From the IMG/VR virus record IMGVR_UViG_3300031707_000005, positions 20,624-84,623 of that record: a stretch of DNA of 64,000 bases. One strand, given 5' to 3'. Below are positions 18,444 through 28,377 of the stretch, piece after piece. The notes under the pieces are model-generated. The model ran no database searches. It was not told the DNA's origin and saw only the letters and a list, made by a program, of their open reading frames with translations. The number at the start of each line of letters is the position of its first letter. Within the stretch, counting starts at the first letter, position 1. Source of the stretch: a virus. The position numbers and the translations under genes are program-made.

Positions 18444-19514
18444 TTATATATCAGATAACCATGAATCCATTGGAATTGATTCAGGAATTGATGGAGCAAT
18501 TGATGGAGCAATTTGTGTTCCGGTCCTAAATGGTGCTATGTCTATGGATAACATTCCGAAATCTTGACGGATGATATCAAGAGCTATTTGAAAATCTTGA
18601 CGTCCAGCTTCTCTAAGAAATTTAGGTAAATTAATTTCATTATCAAATCCGACTAAGTCATAATTAAGAGTTACACGATCACGTAGAGCAAAAGACTTTT
18701 CTCGTTCTGATGCAGACATTCCAGGAAGACCACTGGAGTATAAGTCATCAATGCTTTTGTGATGACATAAAGCAGCAGCAACTTTCTTCCTGAGTCTATC
18801 GACACCGTGTATTCCGTCAGATGAATCACCGCAGAGAGCTTTAAACATACGAACATGAGCTGGAGGAATTGCCGGATGTTTACCATTATTCATTCGAGCC
18901 CAGTGCTGAGTGGACTTATCAGCATCGAAAAATCTGTCCCCGTCAAGACCAGGGACGTAGCAAGCTACACGAGGATCCACGAGAAGCTGAAAAAAGTCCT
19001 TATCGGCGGATACAATCACCCGAATGGAATCGGGATGAGACTTACAAAAACTAGCAATAAGATCATCTGCTTCTTCTTCGGGATGATGATATATATCACA
19101 CCCGAGAAGAGAAAAAATATGAGCGACAATGTCAACTTCACATGTGGCCGCATAACCATCCTTCAAAATCTTATCAAATCTAATTCCCGTGGAAGACGGA
19201 TCAACAAGCTTCAAACCACGATTCGACGCCTCATCTCTATTTGATTTATATGTTGGATCAAGTTCTTTTCGTCGTCTTGAATACCCATCAAAAAACACTG
19301 ATATTTTGGTTATATCTGGAATAGAGTATAGCCAATTTGAAAGCATGGAAAGAGAACCGAAAATAACTCCGGTCGGATAACCGCCCGGACCAGAAAGAAG
19401 GGGTTCTCCACGACCAAAACGAGCCTCTACATATGCATAATAAGCTCTATGAACAAGATTGTTCCCGTCAACAAGCACATGACGTTCAGTCTCTTTACCA
19501 CCAACACGTCTCAT
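18444..19514 (-). CDS. 5'-3' exonuclease / flap endonuclease (PolA N-terminal-like)
   Basis: LVDGNNLVHRAYY, YKSNR, EEADDLIAS, SADKDFFQL, ALCGDSSDGIHGV. Confidence 0.9.
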   Translation of the reverse strand: MRRVGGKETERHVLVDGNNLVHRAYYAYVEARFGRGEPLLSGPGGYPTGVIFGSLSMLSNWLYSIPDITKISVFFDGYSRRRKELDPTYKSNRDEASNRGLKLVDPSSTGIRFDKILKDGYAATCEVDIVAHIFSLLGCDIYHHPEEEADDLIASFCKSHPDSIRVIVSADKDFFQLLVDPRVACYVPGLDGDRFFDADKSTQHWARMNNGKHPAIPPAHVRMFKALCGDSSDGIHGVDRLRKKVAAALCHHKSIDDLYSSGLPGMSASEREKSFALRDRVTLNYDLVGFDNEINLPKFLREAGRQDFQIALDIIRQDFGMLSIDIAPFRTGTQIAPSIAPSIPESIPMDSWLSDI

Positions 19515-20125
19515 TCTTCAATTGCTTTCAGATAAGATACAGGAAAGTCTATCAAAATCGGTTTACTCTTTAATTTTACATGTACCTGAGCATTTTCTCC
19601 ATCCTCATGTACATATGATATTTCAGCTTGAAGGCCCTTAAAGTTTCCTTTAACAATTTTAACATACTGACCTTCTTTAAAGCTCCCAAGTTTGAGAGTT
19701 TGCATACCGACTCTCATCGGAGCAATATCTTTGTCATCAAGCAGAGAAAATACCTTTCTGCGTTCTCCATTAATAGTACTTGTTTGAATCAATACGGTGC
19801 TGAAATACATGGTATCAACAAGTTTCAAATATTGAACACCATCTTCATGACGAATGAAGACATACCCATCCATATAAAACATGGTTTGAGATTCGTCTCT
19901 AACATTCTGAGAAACTGCCGGAACAAAAACATCAAGGGGTTTACCAAGTATTCGGTGAGCAGACCGAGTGATCGATTGAATATTTTTCTCACGTTCACCA
20001 AGAGAAGTAAGTTGAACGATGACCCATTTTATGGGAGCAGAAGGAGGAATTGAAGAAGTCTTAGTCTTAGTTTTAGACCCTGACTTCAATTTATTAGTTT
20101 TATCTGATTTGAGTGTTTTGTTCAC
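19511..20125 (-). CDS. nusG: NusG-family transcription elongation/antitermination factor
   Basis: NGN domain (KWVIVQ, VFVP, MDGYVFI) plus KOW (FKEGQYVKIVKGNFKGLQAEI). Confidence 0.8.
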   Translation of the reverse strand: MNKTLKSDKTNKLKSGSKTKTKTSSIPPSAPIKWVIVQLTSLGEREKNIQSITRSAHRILGKPLDVFVPAVSQNVRDESQTMFYMDGYVFIRHEDGVQYLKLVDTMYFSTVLIQTSTINGERRKVFSLLDDKDIAPMRVGMQTLKLGSFKEGQYVKIVKGNFKGLQAEISYVHEDGENAQVHVKLKSKPILIDFPVSYLKAIEE

Positions 20126-20160
20126 AAAACACTCTACCCATCAGTTCATTACGGAAGTTG

Positions 20161-21600
20161 TTATTTAACGGTATTTCCTGTCATTCTGTTTATGAAACCA
20201 CGTGAAAATTCTTTCTCAGGAAGTGGTATCTTAGATTTGTCTAATTCCGTATTTGCAGTTATGGGCACGGACTGCTGAGGTGTATGGACGCTAGGTTCTA
20301 TTTTATGATCTAATGATGTTAACTTTTCATCATGAGTAAATTTAATACCATCAATCTCAAGCGGTCTCTTAGATGGAGGATCAGCTTTCATAGGAATAGG
20401 TTTCAATGCGGGAGACGCTGTCGGAGTTGAAGACTCAACTGGAGCGGATCTCAATTGGACTAATGGCACTACCAAACTCGTAAGACTTTGAACTACTGCA
20501 GGAATAATTACAGGAACCGGAACCGGAACCGGAACCGGAATTTGCTGTTGATGCTCAGACGCGCTAAAAACTGTCGCATCAACAGATGCGGTTCCAGTCG
20601 ATATTATGGCAGCCTCGATATCATGCGATGTCGGACGATCAAGAGCACCGAGAGCACGAGCAAGATCACCCCAACGAAGTCCTCGAGCAGGGAAGAAATT
20701 TGAGTTGACTGGGTAAGTGGCTTTAGCTCCGACAGCGACACGAAGAGAACTTGAAATGGCTGCAACCATATTATCACGAACCCAAGTCACACCATCATGA
20801 GAAAAAAGAATATCAAGGTCTTCAAAAGCTGTAGATGGGTCAGAGTCTAATCTTGAAAGAACATTAACAAGAAGTTCCATGGAGCCATACCGAAATAACT
20901 CTTTTACGAGTCTGTCTGTAACTCCACCAATTATGCGAAGCGTATCAAGAGATGTGAGACATGTGCGAGGGCAGCATTTATTATGTCTCGCAACAGTGTT
21001 TAAAGCTTCCAAGTCATACTGAATATTTTCCGCTCTACAAACAAATTCAAGTTTAGAAACAATTTCCTTTTCAGAAGGAGGAGATACAGGATACTCCTCC
21101 AAACGAGAGCGAATGGCCTCTCCAATCTTATGCGGTTCAGTAGTACAAAAAATAATTATAAATCTTCGGTCTTCAACTGCTTTCAAAAGAGCATCTTGAG
21201 CTGCTTTAGATAAACGTTGAGCCTCATCTAGGATGATGACTCTTGTTTTCCCATCAATAGACCCATATTCTAGGTCATCAATTATAGATCGTATGCGGTC
21301 AACCGTTCCCTGCGTAGCAGCATCAAATTCATCCATGCTTGATGATGAATCATGGACGACAGACTCGCATGAGTTACATACGCCACATGGTTCACCATCT
21401 TGTATATCATCGCACACTATTGCCATGGCAACAATGCGAGAAAGGGACGTTTTACCACACCCCTTCGGTCCACTAAACATGATAGACCGACCAGCAAGTG
21501 TACCGGTATGTGATCTACGGAGTAAAAGATTTACAACCCCGGAGTTCCCGACTACGTCAGAAAACTTCCGAGGTCTATACTTTAAGTCTAAAACTTCCAT
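20161..21600 (-). CDS. dnaX: Clamp loader gamma/tau subunit
   Basis: KYRPRKFSDVVG, GPKGCGKTS, PCGVCNSC, ILDEAQRLSKAAQDALLK, CTTEPHKI. Confidence 0.92.
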   Translation of the reverse strand: MEVLDLKYRPRKFSDVVGNSGVVNLLLRRSHTGTLAGRSIMFSGPKGCGKTSLSRIVAMAIVCDDIQDGEPCGVCNSCESVVHDSSSSMDEFDAATQGTVDRIRSIIDDLEYGSIDGKTRVIILDEAQRLSKAAQDALLKAVEDRRFIIIFCTTEPHKIGEAIRSRLEEYPVSPPSEKEIVSKLEFVCRAENIQYDLEALNTVARHNKCCPRTCLTSLDTLRIIGGVTDRLVKELFRYGSMELLVNVLSRLDSDPSTAFEDLDILFSHDGVTWVRDNMVAAISSSLRVAVGAKATYPVNSNFFPARGLRWGDLARALGALDRPTSHDIEAAIISTGTASVDATVFSASEHQQQIPVPVPVPVPVIIPAVVQSLTSLVVPLVQLRSAPVESSTPTASPALKPIPMKADPPSKRPLEIDGIKFTHDEKLTSLDHKIEPSVHTPQQSVPITANTELDKSKIPLPEKEFSRGFINRMTGNTVK

Positions 21601-21650
21601 GAGTTAAATTACACTAACTGAATCGAAGTTAGACCATATATGTAGAGAGA

Positions 21651-22193
21651 CTAACGATCTTGCAAAGAGTTTCCGAGTTCGACAAGCTCGTTATTCCATC
21701 TACCGTAACGTTCTGCAATTTCCGAAAACTCCTGAATCTGAGGAGGACGAATGCTATATCTCATCTCACCGGATTTTTCATCTTCAGTTCCGACGCACCG
21801 TGTAAGAAGATGATCAACGAGTGCATGGCGTTGATTAGGTTGCATATTATTCCAAACTTCAAGAGCTACAGTCATGATGAAATGCGCTTCTTGGTTATCT
21901 TCATGATTACTTGAAAAGTACGAACGTGAGATATGGGCTTCAGTCGGTGTAGCTTTCTTCAAATGTCCAGGGACAAGTTTTCCAGCAGACTTCGCAGCCT
22001 TATTACGACACAAATAAATGATGTTGGCACTAGCGAGCTCAGGGTGATGTTTCGGGATAAGTCTTTTCGCTATTTCCGCAACAGTGTCCGAGTCACCAAT
22101 GATAAGTGGCTCAGGGGCAACTTTTTCTTTCTTACCACGAACAGCGTCATTTTCTTGTTTCATTGTCAGTTCATCTTGAATACGTGCAGTCAT
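21651..22193 (-). CDS. Putative phage metallopeptidase-fold protein with degenerate active site
   Basis: Family-like layout (HHPEL..ANIIYL...F.M......W..M...QR.ALVDH), but DHLLTRC and PQIQEF replace the usual HELxH and HDxEEF. Confidence 0.55.
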   Translation of the reverse strand: MTARIQDELTMKQENDAVRGKKEKVAPEPLIIGDSDTVAEIAKRLIPKHHPELASANIIYLCRNKAAKSAGKLVPGHLKKATPTEAHISRSYFSSNHEDNQEAHFIMTVALEVWNNMQPNQRHALVDHLLTRCVGTEDEKSGEMRYSIRPPQIQEFSEIAERYGRWNNELVELGNSLQDR

Positions 22194-22978
22194 GTTCTCA
22201 TTATCTCCTTGAAATGTCGCCTAAACTTATCATCCCCGATTTTTTTCCAAATATCACCAGCATCTTTACCGGCTCCAGGGATACCATATTTTACGTCAAC
22301 AATGTCGAAATCAAACCCATGCTGATGAATGAAGCTTTGCGCACCCTTCCTACCAGCTGAATCCAAATCGAGACACAAATAAATACGACGAACAAAACGT
22401 TTTAAAAAACGAACTTGAAATGTACCGGCACCAGCAGTAGTAAGAGCAAGAACGTCAGGGCGAATAAGACGTTCCATTATGAGTTGATCCCCCGGACCCT
22501 CAACTAGAACAACTTCTCGAGAGGACCAAATAGACTCCATGTTCGGACCGATACCAAAAAAGTACCCCTCTGGACGCCTCTTTAAAGCAAATGTGTCATA
22601 TTCTTTTCGATCAAGAGATCGAATTTGAAAACCAACAGCTTTACCGGAGTATGAAGTAAGAGGAAATACGACACCGCCAGTTATGCGACGGCCAACATGT
22701 CGAGTTTTCTTTGATCCTTCTTCAGGAGCTTCCCACACCGCAGACCAGTTTCGATAATGACAGGAGTCACACCAAAGGTGTTTCTTTTCCCAATCACTAC
22801 ATACTTCATTATGACCCTGGTCGTGTGTCGGATCAACGTCGAATTCACCGCCAACAAATCCGAGTTTATGCTTCGACCATTGTTCTTTCGATATACCACG
22901 ACCAAGAAGATACTCTTGAGCACGTTCGGAGTTTTCGAGATGGCCATTCGCCCATTCAATGAACTGTTCTACGAACAT
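22190..22978 (-). CDS. DnaG-like primase (catalytic core/TOPRIM)
   Basis: AQEYLLGRGI, VVFPL..YSGKAVGFQIR, VVLVEGPGD, LCLDLDSAGRKG, KDAGD. Confidence 0.82.
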   Translation of the reverse strand: MFVEQFIEWANGHLENSERAQEYLLGRGISKEQWSKHKLGFVGGEFDVDPTHDQGHNEVCSDWEKKHLWCDSCHYRNWSAVWEAPEEGSKKTRHVGRRITGGVVFPLTSYSGKAVGFQIRSLDRKEYDTFALKRRPEGYFFGIGPNMESIWSSREVVLVEGPGDQLIMERLIRPDVLALTTAGAGTFQVRFLKRFVRRIYLCLDLDSAGRKGAQSFIHQHGFDFDIVDVKYGIPGAGKDAGDIWKKIGDDKFRRHFKEIMRT

Positions 22979-22979
22979 A

Positions 22980-23597
22980 TCATTTACGGGGACAAAACGC
23001 GATACTATGCTTAATGTTGTGAAGCACAATACTTGACTTACCACCTAGAATTTGAGTATACATCCCAACGAAATCAGGTCTCGATAAAAAAATCGGGAAT
23101 TTCACCCCACACTGTTGAATGCGACATGTTTTTTTATATACAGAAACCGTATCACGTGTTCCATCTGAATTAGAAGGAGTTGATCCATGAGTCAAATTAG
23201 ATTTCCCGGCCCATTTTTCAAGTTCTTTCTGACTCCAAGATAATGGAACTAGCACACAGTGAGGCTGTGCCTCGGTCCCACTCTGCTTTTGTAACCAGTT
23301 AAATGCAGACTCTGATGTCTTATGGATATTATCCCATTTTTCACTAAGAGAAAGCTCATAAGCCGCATTCATAAGATCGGGAATAATCTCATCTAAGCGA
23401 TCAGAGTCATACTTAAAAACACCAGATCTTATCATCCCGTCTACAAGTTTTCTTGCAACACTAAACTTCGGCGTTGATAAACTTACAACAGCCGGTAAAA
23501 ATGATGGCTTTGCTGGAACTTCAATCCAAAAGATCGTCCCGTCAACCCCACGTTTGTACTTATGAAGATCGTGATCAAGTATTCGAAGAAGGATCAT
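22980..23597 (-). CDS. Hypothetical protein
   Basis: 205-aa ORF in a tightly packed operon. Confidence 0.7.
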   Translation of the reverse strand: MILLRILDHDLHKYKRGVDGTIFWIEVPAKPSFLPAVVSLSTPKFSVARKLVDGMIRSGVFKYDSDRLDEIIPDLMNAAYELSLSEKWDNIHKTSESAFNWLQKQSGTEAQPHCVLVPLSWSQKELEKWAGKSNLTHGSTPSNSDGTRDTVSVYKKTCRIQQCGVKFPIFLSRPDFVGMYTQILGGKSSIVLHNIKHSIAFCPRK

Positions 23598-24150
23598 CCC
23601 AAAGGTCCTTTGGAAGAGATGGAAGAGGGACTGTCGCGGACGGTTTTAGCACACGAATAAAGAAACATTTAACCCACAGAACAAAACGTTCCAAGTTGGT
23701 TAACGGAACTTCGTGAATACGCTCACCTAAAACCCATTGAAGCGTCGCAACATCCCTATAGTTATTGAAAACATATTCATCGTTAGCAACGAGTTCAAGA
23801 AATTCATCTTTAGCAGTCTGAGCGTCTACTCTCGGTTTGAACATTGAACATGATTTAGCAATATCATCGGAGTCACACATGGATCCTTGCCATTTATTGG
23901 AGTCAGATCCATACATGCAAAGATGAGTTACATCTTGTCTTCCGTGAAAAACAACAAGAGTAACCTGATCTCTCGGAGCTATGGGCATTTCAATGGACTT
24001 AGTCCGAGTATACGGAAGATCCCGAGTTTCATGAACTTCGTTAAAAACGCAGTTCAGATGTTTCCTTTCTTGAGAAGCACTAGCGTATTTATTTGCATAT
24101 CTAACACGCAATTTCCTAAGACGTTTCTCTATATCTTCCTGATTTTTCAC
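23575..24150 (-). CDS. Hypothetical Cys-containing protein
   Basis: 191-aa ORF in operon. Confidence 0.7.
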   Translation of the reverse strand: MKNQEDIEKRLRKLRVRYANKYASASQERKHLNCVFNEVHETRDLPYTRTKSIEMPIAPRDQVTLVVFHGRQDVTHLCMYGSDSNKWQGSMCDSDDIAKSCSMFKPRVDAQTAKDEFLELVANDEYVFNNYRDVATLQWVLGERIHEVPLTNLERFVLWVKCFFIRVLKPSATVPLPSLPKDLWDDPSSNT

Positions 24151-24791
24151 GTTACGTCTCCGGATCCACCGGATCTAATCCGCTTAAGTTTTAGGCTACC
24201 GTCTTTATGACCTTCATATGCCACATGAGCATGAGATATGAATTCCGGATTATGGGTAACCATTAAGATATTGATCCCGGTCTGTTCCGATAACTGACGC
24301 ATAAAATCAGCACAAGAAGGAACATATCCATTCCAAAGAGCTGCCATTGACTCATCAAGCAAAAGAAGATTCCCCATACCCATACGGGCCATAACGGCGA
24401 GTCGAAGTACTAAAGAAATAACGACAGCAGCACCACCACCAAATGACGCAAGTGGATCACCCTCATTCCCATCTTCCTCAACTATGAAACGCATAGCTAA
24501 ACGATTCTTTTGAGGGTCTTGGCGAATATGGAAAGATAACTCTTGATCACCAAGGACATGCCTCAACCCCGTAGTAGCCAGTTGAGCGATGGAGTTCACA
24601 TTCTTGTCAAGAGAGTCTTCAAGCCAAGTTTTGAAAACTTCAGTACACTTCTGATGTAGATCAGCATTATATCTGAGACTTTTTTCTAAAGTTTCAGCAG
24701 CATCGGCTTGAGAGACAAGAATGTCCCTGTACGCTTTCAACCTGGAAACATCATTTCTTAATTGCTTCAGACGATCTAGTGACGTCATCAC
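24147..24791 (-). CDS. SbcC/Rad50-like ABC ATPase, C-terminal half only
   Basis: Signature SFGGG, Walker B LLLLDE, H-loop MVTHN; no Walker A. Confidence 0.8.
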   Translation of the reverse strand: MMTSLDRLKQLRNDVSRLKAYRDILVSQADAAETLEKSLRYNADLHQKCTEVFKTWLEDSLDKNVNSIAQLATTGLRHVLGDQELSFHIRQDPQKNRLAMRFIVEEDGNEGDPLASFGGGAAVVISLVLRLAVMARMGMGNLLLLDESMAALWNGYVPSCADFMRQLSEQTGINILMVTHNPEFISHAHVAYEGHKDGSLKLKRIRSGGSGDVT

Positions 24792-25918
24792 GTCCCTCTT
24801 TCTTTCATCGCCTGTAGAAAATGCCGTGAACGAACACTAAAAACTTTCACTCCAAGTTTTTTAGTGTCACATATTTCTAAAATTGTCGGGGATATTTTAT
24901 GTTGAAACCTAAACAGAATTTTTTCTGATTCAGTATATGAGATAACCCCAGCAAGTATATCCGCCGGGAAATCCGCAGACATCGAGTCACCAGATAAAAA
25001 TGAAATAGGAAGACTGGAAACTTCTTGACCATTACATGACATAGTCATGGAGCCATCAGACATCTTAAAAGAAACGCGACGAGTTCCCTCACGAGCCATG
25101 TTAGCCCACTGAAGAGCTTTAACTAATTGCGATCTATCAACTTCAAATTCAACGCCATACCCATCATCTGGAAGAACTTGAAGAGAAGGTTTATTACAGG
25201 AAATTCGACTAAATGATATAATTGACCCTGACTTAGGATCAGATAAAAACATCTTTGTTCGGTCCTGGCCGATTACAACATCATCCCCAGATGATTTTGA
25301 GCAAAAAGCTCGCATAACCGGAAGATCATCTGATACAATGGATAGCTCGAGAGCAAGGTCATCCATATATGCGACCGTTGCATAAGTACGAGCATTTGAA
25401 TAACCGCACTTTTCAGTCGGATAAAAGTGAACTTGATTCACTTTTCGGTCTTCATCTGTTTTCGTTTTTTTAACTAATGCAGAACACGAAAGCTGATGAA
25501 GAAGCTCTTCAAATTTTTTCGCGGAAACAGAAGAACCAGACATGGACGGCTTAGGTGACATTGGTGAGCGTCTAGCCGAATCGACACGTTTTTTAACAAC
25601 AGCTTGACGAGTTTGGCCATCACCATCAGCTTTAATCGTTAAACCTTTGTCATTAACAGATAATGTAACTTTAGTGAGCTCACTATCAAAAAATGCAGAC
25701 CTGTCAACAGACAAATAAAAATCGTCAGAAGAACTTCCGTCTGAGTCCGATGACTGAGATGAAACAACGGCATGAACCTGACGACGTCGGTCTGTTGAAT
25801 TAATCCAAAGATCGTTACCAACAACACGAAGAACATAATCTCCAGACATCGGGCGAACCAATTTCACCATAGCAAAACCACGACGTAAATCGTCGGGAAG
25901 AAAAAATAACTTCGTCAT
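24788..25918 (-). CDS. dnaN: DNA polymerase III beta sliding clamp-like protein
   Basis: 376 aa with three-domain periodicity (INSTD, VSAKKFEELL, FEVDRSQLVKALQ); clamp-loader genes are present nearby. Confidence 0.6.
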   Translation of the reverse strand: MTKLFFLPDDLRRGFAMVKLVRPMSGDYVLRVVGNDLWINSTDRRRQVHAVVSSQSSDSDGSSSDDFYLSVDRSAFFDSELTKVTLSVNDKGLTIKADGDGQTRQAVVKKRVDSARRSPMSPKPSMSGSSVSAKKFEELLHQLSCSALVKKTKTDEDRKVNQVHFYPTEKCGYSNARTYATVAYMDDLALELSIVSDDLPVMRAFCSKSSGDDVVIGQDRTKMFLSDPKSGSIISFSRISCNKPSLQVLPDDGYGVEFEVDRSQLVKALQWANMAREGTRRVSFKMSDGSMTMSCNGQEVSSLPISFLSGDSMSADFPADILAGVISYTESEKILFRFQHKISPTILEICDTKKLGVKVFSVRSRHFLQAMKERGT

Positions 25919-25919
25919 A

Positions 25920-26219
25920 CTATAAACTTAATTCTTTCAACATTGGCTTGAGAATAATCTCAGCCGCGTCAAGATCTGCTTCATAATTGTCAAGTTTAAT
26001 CTTAAATACTTCTTTTGCTCTACGAATATCTTCCTGAATCGTATCAGGGTCCCAGTTATTCTTCTTACATTCTTCCATTATGCTCTTGAGAGTACGTTTA
26101 TTCTCAACCTGAGCAGCATCGATTCTTAGCTTTTCTTGAGTAAGTATACTTCCTCTCTGAGATAAAGTTTTATATCTAGACTCAAGTTCTTCCAAACTTT
26201 TTTCAATTATTTGTGACAT
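25920..26219 (-). CDS. Small coiled-coil protein
   Basis: GAGGAG SD; heptad pattern. Confidence 0.7.
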   Translation of the reverse strand: MSQIIEKSLEELESRYKTLSQRGSILTQEKLRIDAAQVENKRTLKSIMEECKKNNWDPDTIQEDIRRAKEVFKIKLDNYEADLDAAEIILKPMLKELSL

Positions 26220-26242
26220 GTTTCTCCTCAGGCCATCTTACA

Positions 26243-27088
26243 CTAAAAACTCTCAATGTCGAACACCGAATTATCTATTCTACCACCAGTCTCCACACGT
26301 CGATGAGCTATATATTTCTTACCATCATCACATTTTTCTCTATAGTCACATCGATGACATTCTCCAGATGGAGTAGCTCCGAAAACTTTGAGTTTAATCT
26401 TCTTAGCAATATCAAACGTGTCGTCAAGAAGAGCACGCATCTTAGACTCGTCGTAGTCTATCCACTTAATCGGATCATCCGGAAATTTCCAAAATATGAA
26501 TCCAAGTCTGGTTGGAGCTACGTGATACTTTATATAATGCTGGACCGCATACCAAATTAATTGATCAGCATCAGCATATTTCTCACGATGTTGAGAACCT
26601 TTCCCATCTATAATCCAAACATCCGTACGGTCTTTTGAATGAATAAAGTCAGCATATCCGCCGAGCTTCAGTGTCATCCCATATTTATCATTTCCATAAA
26701 CAACATTCAAATTTTCTTCAGCACGACTATGCGGAGTTAAAAATCCATGAAGTCTAATATTTTCAATTGCTCTAGGAAGATATATAGATAAATCTCTGCG
26801 TAGGAGATTAACGAATGCCGGATCCGATACACGGTCAAAGTTTTCTTTAAAGAAAATAGTGTCGATCGCATCGTCTATACGCGACATCGCAGAAGCGACC
26901 GGGTCATCTTCAGCCCAAAGTCTTTTATTATAAAACCACTCGAGTATTTTTCCAATAACAGACCCGAACATGGCGGAACGTGAATCACGAGTTACGGGCT
27001 CTTTTATTACATACCGATAATTATATGAAGATGGACATGCCTTATATGTCTTCCGACCAGAATAACTAAGATAAACATCGAAGGACAT
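26243..27088 (-). CDS. Cas4/AddB-like PD-(D/E)XK exonuclease with Fe-S Cys staple
   Basis: LSYS..KTYKACP, GYADFI, WIIDGKGS, QLIWY, CHRCDYREKC. Confidence 0.85.
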   Translation of the reverse strand: MSFDVYLSYSGRKTYKACPSSYNYRYVIKEPVTRDSRSAMFGSVIGKILEWFYNKRLWAEDDPVASAMSRIDDAIDTIFFKENFDRVSDPAFVNLLRRDLSIYLPRAIENIRLHGFLTPHSRAEENLNVVYGNDKYGMTLKLGGYADFIHSKDRTDVWIIDGKGSQHREKYADADQLIWYAVQHYIKYHVAPTRLGFIFWKFPDDPIKWIDYDESKMRALLDDTFDIAKKIKLKVFGATPSGECHRCDYREKCDDGKKYIAHRRVETGGRIDNSVFDIESF

Positions 27089-27101
27089 AAGAACACCATT
27101 C

Positions 27102-28094
27102 TTATTCGTCTGCTACGCCTGACTCTGCTGCTTCGAGAAGTTCAAGGGCAAGATTTCTTAAGTCCTGAGGGAACTTATCGAGTTCTTTCTTACGAAGTTC
27201 CATGGAAGAGTCAGATGCCATTTCTCTATTCATATGAAGTTGAGAAATAAATTCATTTAAAGAACGTCGTTCTCCGTCAAGTCTCTTTTTAAGTTCCAAG
27301 TCAAAAACGGAAGAAGAGTCTTCGTGCGGTACGATGTGTTCCTCAACTGTAATTCCACTCGAGTCTGCTTTAATCAAACCAACTTTCGGTTTACGATCTA
27401 AATTTTCAAACGTTAAAGCTCCACGAGATATAGCACCGAGATTAACAAACTTCACACCCATATGATCTACAATTCCTTGGTCTTTATGATAATGACCGAA
27501 AACGTAGACATCAGGACATCCATCAAATACTAAATCACGATAATCAAAAATATTTTCATGAAAAAATGACTGTATACGCTCTTCCGGTGCCATAGATGCG
27601 AGAGCGTGAACAAAAGCGACAGTGTATGTATCGCCAGGCTTCTTCCTAACAAGATCAGCAAGACCATCAACAGCTAAGTCAGTAGTATATTCAACACCAA
27701 CAACTCTTACTTTTAGTGTCCCATCAACAAAGGATTCATCTCGAAGTTGTCGAAAAACACCACTCTTTAAAAGAATTCCGAGTGGCTGTCTATGTATCGA
27801 CGACGGGTCATTGTTTGACATATCATGGTTACCAGCCATTGCATATGTAGGGCAATGGTAACGACGATGAATTTCAGCAGCTGCAGTTGTCGTTGCATAT
27901 GTCGTCTTATTGGCAGCCTTTACATGGAAAAAATCTCCACCGCGAAGAACAGCTGTAGCTCCGAACTTCTTAGCAATTTCACCTTGCCATTCTACTTTTT
28001 TAAGAATAGAATCGCGATAATTATCTTTGCGGAATCCTGGATTCAGATCCGCAAGATGTTCATCGGATGAGGTCAAAAGTCGAATTTCTGACAT
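27102..28094 (-). CDS. SbcD/Mre11-like metallophosphoesterase nuclease
   Basis: SDEHL, GGDFFH, AGNHD, FVH, FGHYH, NLGAISR. Confidence 0.87.
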   Translation of the reverse strand: MSEIRLLTSSDEHLADLNPGFRKDNYRDSILKKVEWQGEIAKKFGATAVLRGGDFFHVKAANKTTYATTTAAAEIHRRYHCPTYAMAGNHDMSNNDPSSIHRQPLGILLKSGVFRQLRDESFVDGTLKVRVVGVEYTTDLAVDGLADLVRKKPGDTYTVAFVHALASMAPEERIQSFFHENIFDYRDLVFDGCPDVYVFGHYHKDQGIVDHMGVKFVNLGAISRGALTFENLDRKPKVGLIKADSSGITVEEHIVPHEDSSSVFDLELKKRLDGERRSLNEFISQLHMNREMASDSSMELRKKELDKFPQDLRNLALELLEAAESGVADE

Positions 28095-28119
28095 GTGTTA
28101 TTGTACAGCAAACCATTAG

Positions 28120-28377
28120 TTACTTGTTATACCATAAAACATGAGAAAAAGTTATACCAGTTTGATTTTCTATATCATCAACTTGTTTCTTAATGTTTCT
28201 ATACTCTGAAGGAGAAACACGAAAACGTGATACACGATCAACTGTAGCGAGTTCACCATACCCATCATGGTCAACAAATGATCCATTTTTACAGGATTCC
28301 ATAAAATCCTGTAGACAAAGAATCATTCCGTCTTCCGAATCAAAAATTTCTAATTTCATATTCGTATTAGTGTTCAT
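28120..28377 (-). CDS. Hypothetical protein
   Basis: 85-aa ORF in operon (FVDHDGYG...VLWYNK). Confidence 0.7.
   Translation of the reverse strand: MNTNTNMKLEIFDSEDGMILCLQDFMESCKNGSFVDHDGYGELATVDRVSRFRVSPSEYRNIKKQVDDIENQTGITFSHVLWYNK

Noticed and set aside
20512-20540. GGAACC tandem repeat in dnaX and similar short coding repeats (about 2820, 5040, 18490, 51205)
   Set aside because: In-frame linker microsatellites (PVPVPV, KSAKSA, KDKDKD); no sign of phase variation.
22190-22210. Primase C-terminus EIMRT* as a member of the (V/I)MxS family
   Set aside because: It ends in Thr and lacks the preceding pattern; could be chance.
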